Positions 62,001 to 64,000 of a stretch of DNA of 64,000 nucleotides are shown here, in pieces. This DNA comes from Raillietiella orientalis (lineage: Eukaryota). Made by a program: the position numbers and the translations under genes. The notes below the pieces were generated by a model. It saw nothing but the letters and a program-made list of their open reading frames with translations. It had not been told where the DNA came from and did no database searches. The stretch covers positions 3,906,001 to 3,970,000 of the forward strand of contig JAYWIR010000008.1 in assembly GCA_036172245.1 (NCBI GenBank), read 5' to 3'. Position 1 is the first letter of the stretch. The number at the start of each line of letters is the position of its first letter.

Positions 62001-63199
62001 GGTCCGAGAGGCTGCTGTGAGATTTTGACGGTGATCGCGCGGTCACGGGGATGGCGATCACGTGAGCAGCTGCCTGCTGGTTGGTCACAAGACCCGCGTG
62101 AGAGCGCCGCCTCGGGACTGGAGGATTCCCGCGCGCTCTTCCATGAGCACCGCGACGTCCGAACCCTTGTCGCGCGGTCCGCACCGTCGCCGCGGCAACG
62201 GCCACGCCGGCAGGGAGATCGCGGGCGAGTACTGGCGCGGTGGGAACGACTGCTCTTCGAGATCGCCGTGCTGGGAAGCGTGGACCTACTGCCGCTCTTG
62301 CGAGGAGGATGGCAGCTCCGAAACGGGGTGGCGGGAACGAGGGCGGAGGGGAGGTTCCGGAAGGCTTGCTGAGGCCGCGTAGGCAGCGAGGAGGTCGGTG
62401 GAACGATCGCGGCGCGCCTGTCGGGGATGCGGGTCGTTTTTCCTGGAGCCTTTTGCAAGCGCTCGGGTCGTCGTGCCGGAAGCAAGGGTGGATTCCGCGT
62501 GCTCCCTCACCTCCACGCTGGCCTGCGGGCGCACTGCTCGACGAGGAAAGCTTGACGGGGTCTGGAGTGCGGATGCTGATCTGTCATCATCTCTTCGTCG
62601 AAGGCGCGATGGCCAAGCAGTCCGATCCCTGGAGACGATTTCCCCTCGAACTTATAACACACGACAGCAGCAGCAGCAGCAGCTGTTCTGCTGCATCGGG
62701 AGTGCTCGAGAAAGCAAGTCCGGATGCAGTGCGAGTCACGGATTCGCGCTGCCAGTCTGTCTACCACAACTCGGTCGTTGCTAAGGGGACGTGTCCTCTT
62801 GGTGCGCCGTGGCTGGCGAAGGCGACGTGTGTGTGCCGTGGGCGACTTCTGGACTCTGAAGCTGCCGGCTGCAAATGGCAAAGATGGCGGGTACGGAAGG
62901 GTTGGCACGTGGGACCTTGAGGCGGTTCCCCCACCAGCGTGTTTCGGGGGCTGTACTTGGGGAGGTTCGGTGGGCACGTACGGGTGGGGCGGGTTGGTCA
63001 GGGATAGGCTCACGAGAGGGGGGCGCTGATGTCGGGTTCTGCGTCGTTTCGCTCCCTTCTCTCAGGATGATCTTTCGACACGAGAAACCTCTCGGAGTCG
63101 TTGCTTCGAGTCGAGAGATCCGGTGAGGATGCGCGCCGCAGTACTAGGAGGAAGAGAGACGAAGCTGCAAAGCCTGTCCGTTCGCTGAGGGAGCAGTGT

Positions 63200-63750
63200 G
63201 GCGGTGATCCCATGTCCCATTCATGCAGGAGCACTCCTTCTGGGGGCCGTAGAGAGAGGAAGGAGATGCCTTAAACAGGATACTTCTGATAGGGGTGCGA
63301 AAAGGGAGACTGTGGTTCGCAGCAAGGAATCGATGACTTCCCGTAGTTTTGCTCGGGAAGGGGGTCGAGAGAGCAAGCTCTATGCTGAATGGATATGGAG
63401 CGGTGCAACGGTGTTCTGTAAGGGGAATGTCTCGTCTCCTTCGGAAAGGTGAGGAGAAGGCTGGAGATTTGGGGAACAAGGGGAAAGGGCAGAGTGTTTG
63501 CCGTGTCGTTGGATGCTCGAGCACGGAGAATGGGCAGAGTGGAGCTGTGGACACGTCAGTTGGAGTTGCTGGAGAGATTGATGAGGCTGCTGGCGCGAAA
63601 GGCAAAGGAGCGCGCCATCCTGGTGGGATCCGTCTCTAAGGGGAGGATGAAGGGAAAACGGAAGGATAAATATATAAGTGAAAAAGAAGGTTAAGTTCCC
63701 TCTAAGGACCGGCATGGTGCTGGAGCCGATGAGGGACGTTGCAGAGAACA
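63200..63750 (-). mobile_element. Decayed LINE ORF2 fragment (start of RT)
   Basis: SISPATPTDVSTA followed by frameshifted ENY../IDSLLRTTVS, resembling 'NYRPISLL..VSK'. Confidence 0.4.
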
Positions 63751-64000
63751 AGATGAACCCATGATGACTTCTATGATCAAGGTGAGGCGTACCCCGAGAA
63801 TGACGTTTTTTTAGAAGAAGGAGAGAGAGAGAGATTTGCTCCCTGGGGCATTCGAGGTGGGAAGCTTTGCAAGAGAATGGTGCTGACATTTTACCCCCTG
63901 GACGTGGCCTTTGGAAAAAAAAAAAAAAGTCAGGAACTGGTAGGCACCCTTGGTCCGGCGGTGGCATGGGATGCTTTAGAAGGATGGCTGTCGTTCCCTT

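Overview
Eukaryotic, animal-type genomic DNA in two sharply different compartments. The first ~12 kb is AT-rich and CpG-poor. It holds a complete intron-dense ECM29/ECPAS proteasome-adaptor gene (2234-11963, +), with mostly 40-75 nt introns and one GC-AG intron. From ~13 kb to the end the DNA is GC- and CpG-rich. It holds two long intronless ORFs: a CFAP210/CCDC173-like coiled-coil gene (13880-15262) and a 746-aa coiled-coil plus LINE-ORF1-like protein (49456-51696). These sit among many decayed non-LTR retrotransposon fragments (Tx1/L1-like ORF1, endonuclease and zf-RVT pieces; CR1/L2-like RT pieces), a possible gypsy remnant and a MITE-like foldback element. The most notable items are: a near-perfect 1118-bp inverted repeat (20247-21364 / 23391-24508); the intact ORF1-like gene, a candidate domesticated retrotransposon protein; and a LINE family whose 3' end is a structured, poly(A)-less hairpin cassette, with one copy showing a clean 14-bp target-site duplication. 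All homology calls come from motif recognition by eye; no database searches were run. Most short GC-rich ORFs in the track are probably spurious.
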